64,000 nt of DNA from Macrostomum lignano (taxonomy: Eukaryota): positions 1 to 64,000 of the forward strand of contig NIVC01001847.1 of NCBI GenBank assembly GCA_002269645.1, written 5' to 3'. The notes beneath the pieces are model-generated. The model had not been told where the DNA came from, searched no databases, and saw only the letters and a list, made by a program, of their open reading frames with translations. Shown here piece by piece: positions 13,248-25,824 of the stretch (position 1 is the first letter of the stretch; each line of letters starts with the position of its first letter). Both the position numbers and the translations under genes were made by a program.

Positions 13248-13271
13248 GACGTATGATTGGATCGGGCGGGG
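13248..13271 (-). promoter_or_regulatory. Possible CCAAT box and GC box just upstream of the PLK4 ATG
   Basis: gattgg at 13255-13260 and gggcgggg at 13264-13271; short motifs, weak evidence. Confidence 0.25.
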
Positions 13272-13842
13272 TCAAAATAAAAGAAGGGGAATTATGAGAA
13301 TTAATAAATGTAAATTGCTTGCTAAACGATGCACTGATGCATTTGCTTTTGCAGTTTCTCTTCTGCTTCTTTCGTCGCTCGAGAGGGGGTGTTGGGTATT
13401 AGATAGATGAGGGACTTAAGCCAGAAGAGTCGTTTGGCCCTGGCTTTGAAGGGTTCGGGGTGGAGGTGGGGTGGTGCGGTGAGCCCTCCCAGATCTCAAA
13501 CAACCCCGCCTCGCCTTGTAATTGGGCTAACGGCTCAACCAATGACAGTCGAGCCCGCTCTCACCTGTACTCATGACCCGCGGTTGCCTTCTCTCTTCTC
13601 TCTTCTCTCCTCTCTCCTCTTTTGCCTGCAGCCCGCCTGCTGGTTGCCAGGGGATACGTGAGAAACACGCCCGCTAGCAGGCAAGCAGTAGAAGGATTTT
13701 GAGTACAGTGCTGTACTGAATAGGAATGTGCATTCTGTTGGGCAGTGCACTCTCGTACAGTACGTGTGAGCCGAGCAGAGTTAACCAGTGCGGGATTTAC
13801 ATTCAGATTGTCGAAGGATGAGATTCTGATTCGTAAGATTTC

Positions 13843-14275
13843 AAATCTCAGGTGTGAGATTATCAAAAAAGAGTCCAATCTCAGGTCGAGATTATCAAAA
13901 GAGTCCAAATCTCGGTTTTGAGATTATCAAAAGATTGAAAATCTCAGGTGTCAGATTATCAAAATAGTCCAAATCTCAGGTGTGAGATTATCAAAATAGT
14001 CCAAATCACAGGTGTGAGATTATCAAAAAGTCCCAATCTCAGGTGTGAGATTATCATAAGATTCCTTATCTCAGGTGTGAGATTCTCAAAATAGTCCAAT
14101 CTCAGGTGTGAGATATCAAAAGATTCCAAATCTCAGGTGTGAGATTATCAAAATAGTCCAAATCTGAGGTGTGAGATGATCAAAGTAGTCCAAATCTCAG
14201 GTGTGAGATAATAAAATATTTAAAATCTCAGGTTTGAGATGAACAAAAGAGTCCAAATCTCAGGTGTGAGATTCT
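13843..14275. repeat. ~32-bp minisatellite with an internal inverted repeat (aatctcaggtgtgagatt-atcaaaa-tagtcca)
   Basis: About 13 copies; each has a 7-bp stem aatctca/tgagatt. Confidence 0.9.
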
Positions 14276-15005
14276 TTTTTCAAAGAATCCAACTTAGAAT
14301 CGAACTGAGATATCAATAAGATTCTCAAAGCAGGCTCCCTGCTGCGCAGGTATTGGTTGGACCCCACATTATGCAGGTGTCGCTTGTTAAGCACGCGCAG
14401 GTCCGTCGGTTCCTCCATCCTGGGCTCCTTTCCGTCATCAAGTCGTCCCAGCCTCCTCAGTAGGTCTGTCACACGAGACATGGTTGGTTAAATGCATGGA
14501 ATTATCAGTATTTCAGTTTGTGTAGTGTTATAATATACACAAATATATTGAAGATTGGCTAGTAAGGTTATATAAGAAGAGGGTTAATTAAACCCCTTTA
14601 ATTGCTAATTATTTCAATCTTTGACCCGCGTGGCAACCGCCTTAGGTATAGAGAAGCGATTCGAGCAAATTGAATCTATCAGAATTTGACCTGTTGTTTA
14701 TAATTGCCGGTCAGGGGGATGCAACGGTTATTAAAGGCCTCATCAATACAGCAGCACACCTGTTAAGGTTTGGTGATGACTTTTTAAAATGCAGCCTTTC
14801 GTTGCCAGGGTGGACCATTTGTGAAGCTAATTTTCTACACCATGCTCCAAAACGATCGATCGAAAATTAAGTATAATTTATTAGTCAGAGAATAAATTGT
14901 CTCAGCATCATAAAATGCTTTCTATACAGTCAGATAAACATTGAGTCCTGCCCTCATGCACTTATTTATAATATTTTTGTATTTTTGCGTATATATACAT
15001 GATCT

Positions 15006-16190
15006 GTTAGTCTATCTACCGAATCTATACAATTGTCTACCAAATTATACAACTGTCTACCGAATCTATACAACTGTCTACCGAATCTATTAATCTGTCT
15101 ACCGAATCTATACAACTGTCTACCGAATCTATCAATCTGTCTACCGAATCTATCAATCTGTCTACCGAATCTATTAATCTGTCTACCGAATCTATCAAAC
15201 TGTCTACAGAATCTACCTAACTGTGTACCGAATCTATCCAACTGTCTACCGAATCTATCAATTTGTCTACCGAATCTACCTAACTGTCTACCGAATCTAT
15301 ACAACTGTCTACCGAATCTATCAATCTGTCTACCGAATTTATCAATTTGTCTACCGAATCTATCAAACTGTCTACCGAATCTATTAATCTGTCTACCGAA
15401 TCTATCAAACTGTCTACCGAATCTATTAATCTGTCTACCGAATCTATCAATTTGTCTACTGAATCTATACAACTGTCTACCGAATCTATCCAACTGTCTA
15501 CCGAATCTATCCAACTGTCTACCGAATCTATACAACTGTCTACCGAATCTATCAACTGTCTACCGAATCTATCCAACTGCCTACCGAATCTATCAAACTG
15601 TCTACCGAATCTATCCAACTGTCTACCGAATCTATCAATCTGTCTACCGAATCTATCAACTGTCTACCGAATCTATCAAACTGTCTACCGAATTTATCAA
15701 TTTGTCTACCGAATCTATCAAACTGTCTACCGAATCTATTAATCTGTCTACCGAATCTATCAAACTGTCTACCGAATCTATTAATCTGTCTACCGAATCT
15801 ATCAATTTGTCTACTGAATCTATACAACTGTCTACCGAATCTATCCAACTGTCTACCGAATCTATCCAACTGTCTACCGAATCTATACAACTGTCTACCG
15901 AATCTATCAAACTGTCTACCGAATCTATTAATCTGTCTACCGAATCTATCAAACTGTCTACCGAATCTATTAATCTGTCTACCGAATCTATCAATTTGTC
16001 TACCGAATCTATCCAACTGCCTACCGAATCTATCAAACTGTCTACCGAATCTATCCAACTGTCTACCGAATCTATCAATCTGTCTACCGAATCTATCAAC
16101 TGTCTACCGAATCTATCAAACTGTCTACCGAATTTATCAATTTGTCTACAGAATCTATTAATCTATCCACCGAATCTAGGATTCTGTCTA
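15006..16190. repeat. 20-21-bp minisatellite (ctgtctaccgaatctatcaa)
   Basis: More than 50 visible copies; source of the LPNLSIC/STESI ORFs. Confidence 0.97.
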
Positions 16191-17029
16191 CCAAAACAGA
16201 TACCAAATAAATCAAAGGTTCCTGAGGTCGTATATTGAACAAACCAACTCGTTTTTTTATAGAAAAAAAAACGTGCGAAAAATTAAACACCTATAACTGT
16301 AAGGTGTCTCAGAGTTATTGAAAAATCAAAATTATGTTGTCCACAAGCAATGTCTGCAACAACAACAGTAATAGCAAGTCTAGGAACAAAATAGTATCAA
16401 AGAAGAAAAAAATGATGTAAAAAATGGAATTCGGTCCGGCATCCCACACTTTGTGTTGCTGTGGGCCATTGTTATATAAAATGAAAATATAATTTTGAGA
16501 ACCTGCAGGGTTGCAACTCAGGGCGAACGGAGACTGACAGGGATGGGGAAAAATCACTTTCCCCCAATCGCCATCTGAAATCTCCCACAGACAATTGCCA
16601 CTGCCTCTGATTCATGCTGTGTCTGTTTGAACATATTCAAATCAATAGCCAATAGGTCTCAGCCTCCCGGGCCCGCATCAACCCAAAGGTGAAGTTGAGG
16701 GTCGCCATCGCCAGACGCAATTTCGCTTTAAAAAATCATTCATCTCCTCAACCTCAATAAAGAAGATATTAAAGAAACGAAAAGAAAACACGGAATCTTT
16801 TGTTAAAGTTTTGTTGCCTGGCTGGTGCTTCAATAAAGGGAAGTTTGTCAACTTTGTCTGTCTGCGAGAAATCACGTACATGATGTACCTGGGCTACTGG
16901 CTATTCTAAGAAATGAAGGCAAAGAAAGTGGGAGTGGATTTCCTACAACGAGACGGGGTGATTTACAGTGCTCCTGGCAACTGCTGTCTTCCCAGAGGAT
17001 GTTATCTGTCACTCTTAAACAGGTTAACC

Positions 17030-17875
17030 GCTTTTTGGATTGGCGCCATTAAAATAATTTTTGATTTGGCGCTATTTAAACGGTTTTGGCGCGATTGAAA
17101 CATTTTTGGTTTTGGTGCGATTGAAACAGTTCTGGTTTTGGCGCCATTGAAACAGTTTTTGTTTTGGCGCCATTGAAACAGTTTTGGTTTTGGCGCCATT
17201 TAAACAGTTTTGGCGCCATTGAAACAGTTTTTGTTTTGGCGCCATTGAAACAGTTTTGATTTGGCGCCATTTAAACAGTTTTGGCGCCATTAAAACAGTT
17301 TTGGTTTTGGCGCCATTGAAACAGTTTTTGTTTTGGCGCCATTGAAACAGTTTTGGTTTTGGCGCCATTGAAACAGTTCTGGTTTTGGCGCCATTGAAAC
17401 AGTTTTTATTTGGCGCCATTTAAACAGTTTTGGCGCCATTGAAACAGTTTTGGTTTTGGCGCGATTGAAACAGTTCTGGTTTTGACGCAATTGAAACAGT
17501 TTTGGTTTTGGCGCCATTGAAACAGTTTTTGTTTTGGCGCCATTGAAACAGTTTTGATTTGGCGCTATTTAAACAGTTTTGGTTTTGGCGCCATTGAAAC
17601 AGTTTTTGTTTTGGCGCCATTGAAACAGTTTTGGTTTTGGCGCCATTGAAACAGTTCTGGTTTTGGCGCCATTGAAACAGTTTTGATTTGGCGCCATTTA
17701 AACAGTTTTGGCGCCATTGAAACAGTTTTGGTTTTGGCGCCATTTAAACAGTTTTGGCGCCATTGAAACAGTTTTGGCGCCATTGAAACATTTTTGGCGC
17801 CATTAAAACATTTTTGGTTTTGGCGCAATTGAAACAGTTTTGGTTTTGGCGCCATTGAGTTTTTGCGCCATTGAA
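17030..17875. repeat. ~20-27-bp minisatellite (ttttggcgccattgaaacagtt...)
   Basis: About 35 visible copies. Confidence 0.95.
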
Positions 17876-18546
17876 AAATTGAAGAATTCGGACTGTGGTG
17901 CAAGAGAATTTTGCTCGTAGTTTTAAACTTTCTAGACTCCATTAAGCAACTGCTGTGTCCGCAAACATTTGGCGTAACGCAATCGATAAAAGAGCGGAAA
18001 ATGATGCAATCCATCGGGCTCAAACTCACCGCTATGTAGCTCCGTCTCAGTCGCAGTTTCCCTATCTCAGATCTGCAGGGGTTGCGCGAAGTGCAATTTT
18101 CAGAGATCCCATCCCTGATTTACCTGTCAGATAAAGCGGGCAGGCTGTTCAACTTTGAACTCAACAGATGGAGGGAGATGGAGGGAGACTGCACGCAGAA
18201 CATGGGGGAAATGAAGTGTTTGCACCATCATACATAGCCTAAATCTGTATAGAGTCTATTGAGTTCGAGCACGGTCAATCGTTGAAATCTATTTTGATCT
18301 TTGAGAAGAAACTGTCAGGCTTGACCACAGATGTGCTCGCATGTGTCTGCTGTCTTCTTGTCCGGAGAGTCTTTGAGTCTGCAAAGACAGATTGGCTTGA
18401 CTAATTGTCTAACTGACTGACTAACAGTCTGACCCAGTCTTCTACGAAATGTCACACTTGATATCGGATACTCGATTTCCACTCTCTACATTTCTCTTCA
18501 CAAAGTACATCTTTCATTAGCTTCGCTTCCGTACAAGCTAAACTAT

Positions 18547-18650
18547 CCTCTCTAACCCCTCCTTTCTAACCCCTCCTCTCTAACCCCTCCTCTCTAACCC
18601 CTCCTCTCTAACCTCCTCTCTAACCCTCCTCTCTAACCCTCCTCTTTAAC
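18547..18650. repeat. 14-bp minisatellite (ctaacccctcctct)
   Basis: About 7 copies. Confidence 0.85.
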
Positions 18651-19186
18651 CTCTGTGCATAAAACTCTGATCTTTTAGCTTTTAAACGTTCTCTAGCTTA
18701 TTGATTGAAATTATACCAACAATAATTTTCGATATTGTTACTCTAAGTAGTAAAATTAGACACAAGTTTTTTATCTCGAAAAAATGCATAGTTTAAGCCT
18801 GCCGAGTTTGAATGAAATTGAATAATTTCTATAGCTCTGTACCTGTGTGTGTATTAGCAAATATTGTACAATGGAATGAAGATATAATAGCTTCACCCAC
18901 TGAGTACAGTGCTATAGCTTGAGTCTCAGCTCTATTCCAAAAATTGTACACCATAAAAAGTATAGTGTAAAAAGTGTACTGTATCGTTTTCGGCGATGGA
19001 TGAGAGGCAATGTCATTTTTAGCTACAGACCTCATCTCAGTTTTTAAAAAGTAAACTTGCTTGTTTTTATTGTTACGAAGAAAGCTATTTGCAAGAGATA
19101 AATCTAATAAGCCTTGTTGCTTCAGCATTATTTTAAAGGACAATTAACCTTCAAGGTTCAATTCGTAAGTTATTGCTATATTGTTT

Positions 19187-20146
19187 ATCAGTATCAAACT
19201 CAGGGGTGTCGGCATCAAACTCAGGGGTGTCGGCATCAAACTCAGGGGTGTCGGTATCAAACTCAGGTGTGTCGGTATCAAACTCAGGGGTGTCGGCATC
19301 AAACTCAGGGGTGTCGGTATCAAACTCAGGTGTGTCGGTATCAAACTCAGGTGTGTCGGTATCAAACTCAGGGATGTCGGTATCAAACTCAGGCGTGTCG
19401 GTATCAAACTCGGAGTGTCGGTATCAAACTCAGGTGTGTCGGTATCAAACTCAGGGATGTCGGTATCAAACTCAGGCGTGTCGGTATCAAACTCGGAGTG
19501 TCGGTATCAAACTCAGGTGTGTCGGTATCAAACTCAGGTGTGTCGGTATCAAACTCAGGGATGTCGGTATCAAACTCAGGTGTGTCGGTATCAAACTCAG
19601 GGATGTCGGTATCAAACTCAGGGATGTCGGTATCAAACTCAGGGATGTCGGTATCAAACTCAGGTGTGTCGGTATCAAACTCTTGGGTGTCGGTATCAAA
19701 CTCAGGAGTGTCGGTATCAAACTCAGGTGTGTCGGTATCAAACTCAGGGATGTCGGTATCAAACTCAGGCGTGTCGGTATCAAACTCGGAGTGTCGGTAT
19801 CAAACTCAGGTGTGTCGGTATCAAACTCAGGTGTGTCGGTATCAAACTCAGGGATGTCGGTATCAAACTCAGGCGTGTCGGTATCAAACTCGGAGTGTCG
19901 GTATCAAACTCAGGTGTGTCGGTATCAAACTCAGGGATGTCGGTATCAAACTCAGGCGTGTCGGTATCAAACTCGGAGTGTCGGTATCAAACTCAGGTGT
20001 GTCGGTATCAAACTCAGGTGTGTCGGTATCAAACTCAGGTGTGTCGGTATCAAACTCAGGTGTGTCGGTATCAAACTCAGGGATGTCGGTATTAAACTCA
20101 GGGGTGTCGGTATCAAACTCAGGCGTGTCGGTATCAAACTCAGGGT
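19187..20146. repeat. 21-bp minisatellite (ggtatcaaactcaggtgtgtc) with a higher-order structure
   Basis: About 45 copies, ending about 50 bp before the TRP start codon. Confidence 0.97.
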
Positions 20147-20194
20147 GTATCCCTAAGCACCCAGTGACTCCAGCACTTTTTTTATTCTCCAGCC

Positions 20195-23100
20195 ATGGCC
20201 GAGCTCAGACTAGTACTCGAGTACTCATGCCCAGACTCAGACTACGAGCGGCTAAAACGAGCCATTGAATCGAGCGTCCAAGCTGGCCAAGAGGAAATTC
20301 TGCGGGCCTTGGTTAGCAACGATGGTCGCAACCTCAACGACTTCGGCGTGGACGTTCTTTTCGAAGCGGTGGAAGACATCTCGGATCTGTCCGTGTTGAA
20401 GTTCCTTCTGCGCAGGTTGGGCGGCGAAGCCATCGGCCAGGTGCGTAACGAGCTGAATCTGAGCGTCGTACACCTCGCCGCGCTCATCCAAGACCGCGAG
20501 CTGGCCGCGGAGACGATGCAGACGCTGCGCAACGCTCTGGGCGACGGCTGTTTCTCGGTTGTAAGCGGGCTGAACAGCACCGCGGCTCACTTTGCCGCCA
20601 AGAACAGCAACGGTCACGAGGTGCTGATATGGATCCTCGACAATCTTGGCCAGCAGGCGCTTACAGTGAAGGACTCGTTGGGCGACACAGCTGTGCACCT
20701 GGCCGCCGAGTTCCAGACTGACGAGTGCATGCGGCTGCTCAAGGCCAAACTGCCGCAGAGAGTCTGGCAGGCGCGCGGGGCGCTGCGCCGGACCCCGGTG
20801 CACCGGGCTGCGCTTAATTGCACCGGTGAACAGAGCGGTGACACGCTCAAATGGATGCTAGAGAATCTCGAGCTGGAGGTATTTAAGAAGCCTGACGCTG
20901 AGAACAATACGGCTGTTCACCTGGCCGCTCGACACCAGGGATTCGAGTGCATGCAGATGCTGCAAGATCGCCTTGGCGCCAGCTGCTTCTTAACTCCCGG
21001 CTATCAACTGCAGACGGCGGTGCACATGGCGGCCAGGAATGAGAACGGCTACGCCGCTCTTGAGTGGTTCGTGACAAACATTGGAAGCATCGATCATCTC
21101 TTAATTAAGGACGCCAACGGAGACACGGCTGTGCATGTCGCTGCCGAATATCAGGACGACGAATGCATGCAATTGTTTTCAACCCGGCTACCACCCGAGC
21201 ACAACGTCTGGCAGATGGAGGGAGGCTTGAAACGTACCCCGGTGCATCGGGCGGCACTCAATGAGAAGTCGGTCTTGACTCTTCACTGGATTCTGGACTA
21301 TCTTGCCAAGCGGCCGGCGATTTTTCAGCTGAGGGACGCACAGGGCGACACGGCGATTCACTTGGCTGCACAGGTGCAGAGCGACGAATGCATGGAACTG
21401 CTTTCTCAGCATCTGACACTAGAAAATCCGGTGTGGAACACCGCCGGAGCGAAAGGCCGAAAACCAGTTCACTGTCTAGCGGCCAATGCAATTCAACGAG
21501 AGTTCTTGAAGGTCCTGGTTGATAAGCTTGGTTCATCAGCTCTTACTGAAGTAGATGAAGAACTGCTAACTGCTATTCACTTAGCTGCCTCCTATCAAAG
21601 CCTCGCTTTATTCCAGTCGCTGGTTAGTTGCGCAGGCAAGGACTCCATTACGCTCAGAGACAAACACGGTTGGACTCCACTGTTCATGGCCACAGGCAAC
21701 GAGCGTCACGAGAAAGATGAATCTGTGTTCTTCTGGATGATGAACCAACTGAAGGGAAGTCAGGAGCAAGAACTGGCCAGCAAGGATAGCGACGGTAGGA
21801 CTTGTCTGCATTTGTGCGCCCGCAACAGAGCCTTCGGGGCCCAGATGTTTGTTCAATCGGCGCCACAGCACCAGTTCGACGACCCCTCCGATGCGGTCGC
21901 GGCGTCAGTTGACAAGAACGATAGAAATCCGCTGTTTTTGGCCTGTCTGTTGAAGAACTTCAACTTTTTCAAAGCGGAATTTATCGACGTGAAACGGCAT
22001 ATGTGCATCGATTCGGTGGGAAACACACTGCTACATGCGCTGTTCCTCACCTCTGAGTCATTCCCTAACCGGGACTTTGACGCGGACGAGTTTGTGTCAG
22101 CGGTCAAGAAGCTCATCGATGGAGGCGTTGATCCCAAGGTGGAGAACAATGTCAAGAAGAATTGTTTGATGAGCGCTGAGTTCAGTCAGCGCACGCTATA
22201 CGACGTGTTGGTGAGGCTTTCCCACCTGCCGGAATTGAAAGAGGCATTCAGTAGGCTGCAGAGAAACTCCGACGGCTTGCATGTTGTTCACGTGTTTTCC
22301 GGCCGTTACGACATCAGATTCTTAGAAGCTCCATTGAAGCAGCTTTTCACGCTGAGCTCTGACAAACTGTTAAATATTCGAGTGTCGTCGGGCTCGCTTA
22401 GCGGAGCAACTTGTCTGCACTTTGCCTGTGAAGCCGGTCACGAGGAAAACCTGAGGTTTCTAATTGGCAAAGGTCTCTGCGATGCAAGGCTTGGTTGCGA
22501 GACAGCTTCCGGTCAGACGTGCGTTGACTTTGCGTGCAACAAAGGAAAGCTGGACGTACTTAGAAGCGCCGCTGCCGATGCTGGCGTCGATCTGAGGGAG
22601 ATTCTGCTGCTGGTCGATCCGGTCAAGAAGGCACTGCAGCTGCCAGACAAAACCAGTGCCAGGAATCTGCTGTCCCTATTCACTGACCCTGTCCTGAGAT
22701 CCGATATTGAGAGAGACAGAGGATTGCCCACAGCTGGGGATGAAGCTGAAGGACAGGCATCTGCTGCGGAGTCTGCCGACGTTAAGCTGCTCATCCGAGC
22801 TCTGGAACTTGACTCTACAGAGATGCTTCGAAGCCTTGTAGTGCTGGATTACGTCACTGGAGACACGGATGATCGTCTTATCAAGGCGTTGCGCAAACGA
22901 TATCAGTCAAAGAATCCTAGCCAGCAAAAGTACTTTCCAAATATGGAAACACTGGATTTAATAGCTACTACTCGGACAGAATTATCGCTACTGGATTGCG
23001 TCATATTCTTTGATAAGGCAAACCTGCTATCCGACTTGATGGTTCTGCCACAGTTTGACATCATACCTCAGACACTGCGGCTGCTAATCAACATGACACC

Positions 23101-24538
23101 TCAAGTTGAGATGCGAAGAGGAAGACATGAACAATTGAGCGAAATGATGAAGCAAGCCCTGAACGTTCTCACTAATGTTCTCGAGCAGTTGTACGTCAGA
23201 GCCGATCAGAACGAGCGTGAACTTTTGTTCCGCTACTTGACTGCGGACTTCAAGAAGGATGAAGTGAGCGGTCCGAAGTTTCAGGCTCCGTTAAAAAAAT
23301 TCGTCGATAAAAAGGGCAAAGTTGTGGCTCCGTTTTCGGGCCCGGCGGAATGCTTCTCGGTCATGCAGCTGGTCGACACAGTCGATTGCGACGAGCTGTT
23401 TGCAACCAACTGCCTCAGCAGCATGATCGACGAACAGTGGAAGAAACCGCCTCCTCTGTCGTGGCGTACAAGCAGTAGCAGTCAACCGTGCTGCCCGAGC
23501 TTCAATAGCAGTTGCAGTCCTGGCAGCCGACCTGACGGAGTCCCTAGCTTTTTATTGTCAGTTCGATTTCGAGTCTGGATTCACATGGTCTTCTTCCTCT
23601 TCTTTCTGTGCTTCTTCTCCTGGTACGTAACGGATTTTGGCCAGTCGTTGAAGTCGCAGGCCGCGGCTGTGCACATTGTTGATGCAGTCATGTGGATGTT
23701 CGCTTTATCATTCGCCACGCAGGAGATAAATGACATGGTTAATAGGGGAGAACTCAAAGATACCTACGCTTGGGGAAGGCATCTGAAAGTACCCAGGTAC
23801 TTCACAGATTTATTTAATTATTTTGATCTGGCCGCAATCTTACTGCTGTTGGCTGGGCTCATACTCAAAATAGTGAGCACGGGAGGCGATACAACCAGCC
23901 TGCACAATGCCCAAGTAGTACTGAGCGCATCGTTTCTGCTCTGGGGATTTCGGTCGGTATCCCTGCTTAGCTACTTCAAGGTCACTGGACCAAAAATATC
24001 GATGCTGAAAAGCCTTCTATTAAGCGACTTGGCCCCATTCCTGATCATAATGCTTGTGCTGGTCTATTCGTTTGGCATATTCTACGTGAACTTGCTATTT
24101 CCCGTGACCCTCTCTACTGCGAGCATTTTACGCGACTCGGAGTCAATAGCCAAGCAAGTGTTCTCCCTGCCGGTCTCGCTGGCGTTCGGCTTCTTTGAAG
24201 GCGCCGAGAGCGTAGTGTGCAACGGGTCCAGACAGACTCTGGAGGCGTGCTCAGACCATGCCGGCTACCGGGCGTACAGCGGCCTGCTAATGTTCCTCTA
24301 CTTGCTAATCGTGAACATAGTGATGTGGAACCTGCTAATTGCACTGTTTAACCTGACAGTCACCAGCATGGACACCAAAGCAGAGGTGATTTGGCGTAAA
24401 AATCTGTACGAGATGCTGGTCGAGTTTTCCGAGGTCAGCCCGTTTCCACCGCCGTTTTCGTTTCCTCATTACATTTGCAAGCTGGGGCGGTACGCGTGTC
24501 GGCGTCTGGAGAACCGTCGTTCGGTTCAACCGGAAGAG
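20195..24538 (+). CDS. TRP cation channel, exon 1: about 18 ankyrin repeats plus 6-TM TRPM-like pore and TRP box (reading through the donor gives the 1468-aa ORF ending at 24601)
   Basis: Repeated TAVHLAA/TPVHRAA ankyrin motifs; hydrophobic S1-S6; GPKISML..DL, NIVMWNLLIALFN, IWRKNLY..EF and PFPPPF motifs; strong acceptor and Kozak-like context before the ATG. Confidence 0.92.
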
Positions 24539-25488
24539 GCAAGTACAATCAACACTTTGAATTATGATTTAAAAGACCATGCAAATTTTGCTGTGGGCTG
24601 ATTTTCCGCTGCAAATGCAAAGGTAAGGAAGCTTCCAGTTTTTTAGCACTAAATTCCCAATGTATCACCTTCTGGGCTTACGAATTCCAAATGAGGCGCA
24701 AAGCTGACTATGAACATGTTTCGTTTGAGATGCACTCATAAATTTATCAAGCCGTTTTTCATGAAATACTACCGGGAGACCGGCAAACATGTAAAGTTCC
24801 TTTTGGCGAAGTGTCTGTTGTTCCTGTCTCTTTAACGGTAGAACTACCAAGGAGGGGACCCTTGCAAATTTTTCGTTGCGCTGGAATGACGCAAACCAGG
24901 CACTGGAATTTCAAGTGCTTCAAATTTCTAAGCACTCTCTCAAGCATTCAGTCGTCTTCCAGACGCCGTCGCCTGCTTTACCGGTCTGTAGCTATCAAGC
25001 GACTGTGGACACCCAATTGTGAATTTCTTTGTTGTCTCTGGTCAAGCCCCGGTGTTCTTGAATTTCGTGTGCCAGAGCTGTGACTCCGTTCCGGCGCGCA
25101 GCAAAAAAACTGTTCCCCTTTTTTGGTCGTTCAATTAACGGGCGGAAATGGTTGTAAATTTCCTACTGTTAATGCACTTCTTTAGGATTATTAGCGGGTA
25201 CTACGTTCCATAGACCTATTCAGCGCCAGGCAAAAGAAGTAAAAATTTGTCAAATATTTGTTTAGAAAACACAACCTGTACTCTTGAGCGCTGCCATTCT
25301 CCGAATAATATTTTTCCTTAGACTTTTCTCGACGTCAACTCGACGTCGACGTCAACGTCGATGTCGACGACGAAGTATCGTGTTGTTAATTTTACTGTCG
25401 ATTATCGATAGAAATAAGTACCTTAACAGTTTTCGACGAATCTTACACTTAAATGGTAACAGCTTTCATCTTCTCGCAATGAATTTAG

Positions 25489-25824
25489 AAGCAGAGTCCA
25501 CCCTGGTGGCAGGAACGCAGTAGTTTTCACGACTATCCCAACGACTATCGGCAGTTTCTGGTGTACCAAGCTGAGCAGCTCCGCCAGTGCCGCCCCCGAC
25601 TGCGGCAGGGCGTTGAGCGGCACAGAGACGCATTCGAGGCGCTACGAGCGCACACGGAGAAAACTGTTGACGGAACTCGCGACGAGCTTGCCAGGATGGT
25701 GAAGCGAGAAACTCTGGACATCAGAGAGCAGCTTCACAGACTGCGACGTAATCAAAAAAAGCAGCAAAAGCAGCTGTCGCAGGTGCTCGATTTGTTGAAG
25801 CATTCACAAGCGGCAGCAAAATAG
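25489..25824 (+). CDS. TRP channel exon 2: C-terminal helix and coiled coil (KQSPPWWQ...YRQFLVYQAEQLRQ...KHSQAAAK*)
   Basis: Open frame from tttAG at 25488; phase 0 matches the AG|GCAAGT donor at 24538/24539; coiled-coil-like tail as in TRPM channels; spliced product about 1559 aa. Confidence 0.75.
   Translation, partial: KQSPPWWQERSSFHDYPNDYRQFLVYQAEQLRQCRPRLRQGVERHRDAFEALRAHTEKTVDGTRDELARMVKRETLDIREQLHRLRRNQKKQQKQLSQVLDLLKHSQAAAK

Noticed and set aside
13843-14275. CRISPR-like palindromic ~32-bp repeats
   Set aside because: No unique spacers, no cas genes, eukaryotic context
14290-14481. GC-rich minus-strand ORF MSRVTDLLRRLGRLDD...
   Set aside because: No recognisable domain, no convincing donor, runs into a minisatellite
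14966-16290. Long ORFs on both strands (LPNLSIC, STESI, DRFGRQ repeats)
   Set aside because: Translation artefacts of a 21-bp minisatellite
19114-20268. Three overlapping 300-380-aa ORFs upstream of the TRP gene
   Set aside because: Stop-free minisatellite; a strong acceptor and Kozak-like context mark 20195 as the start
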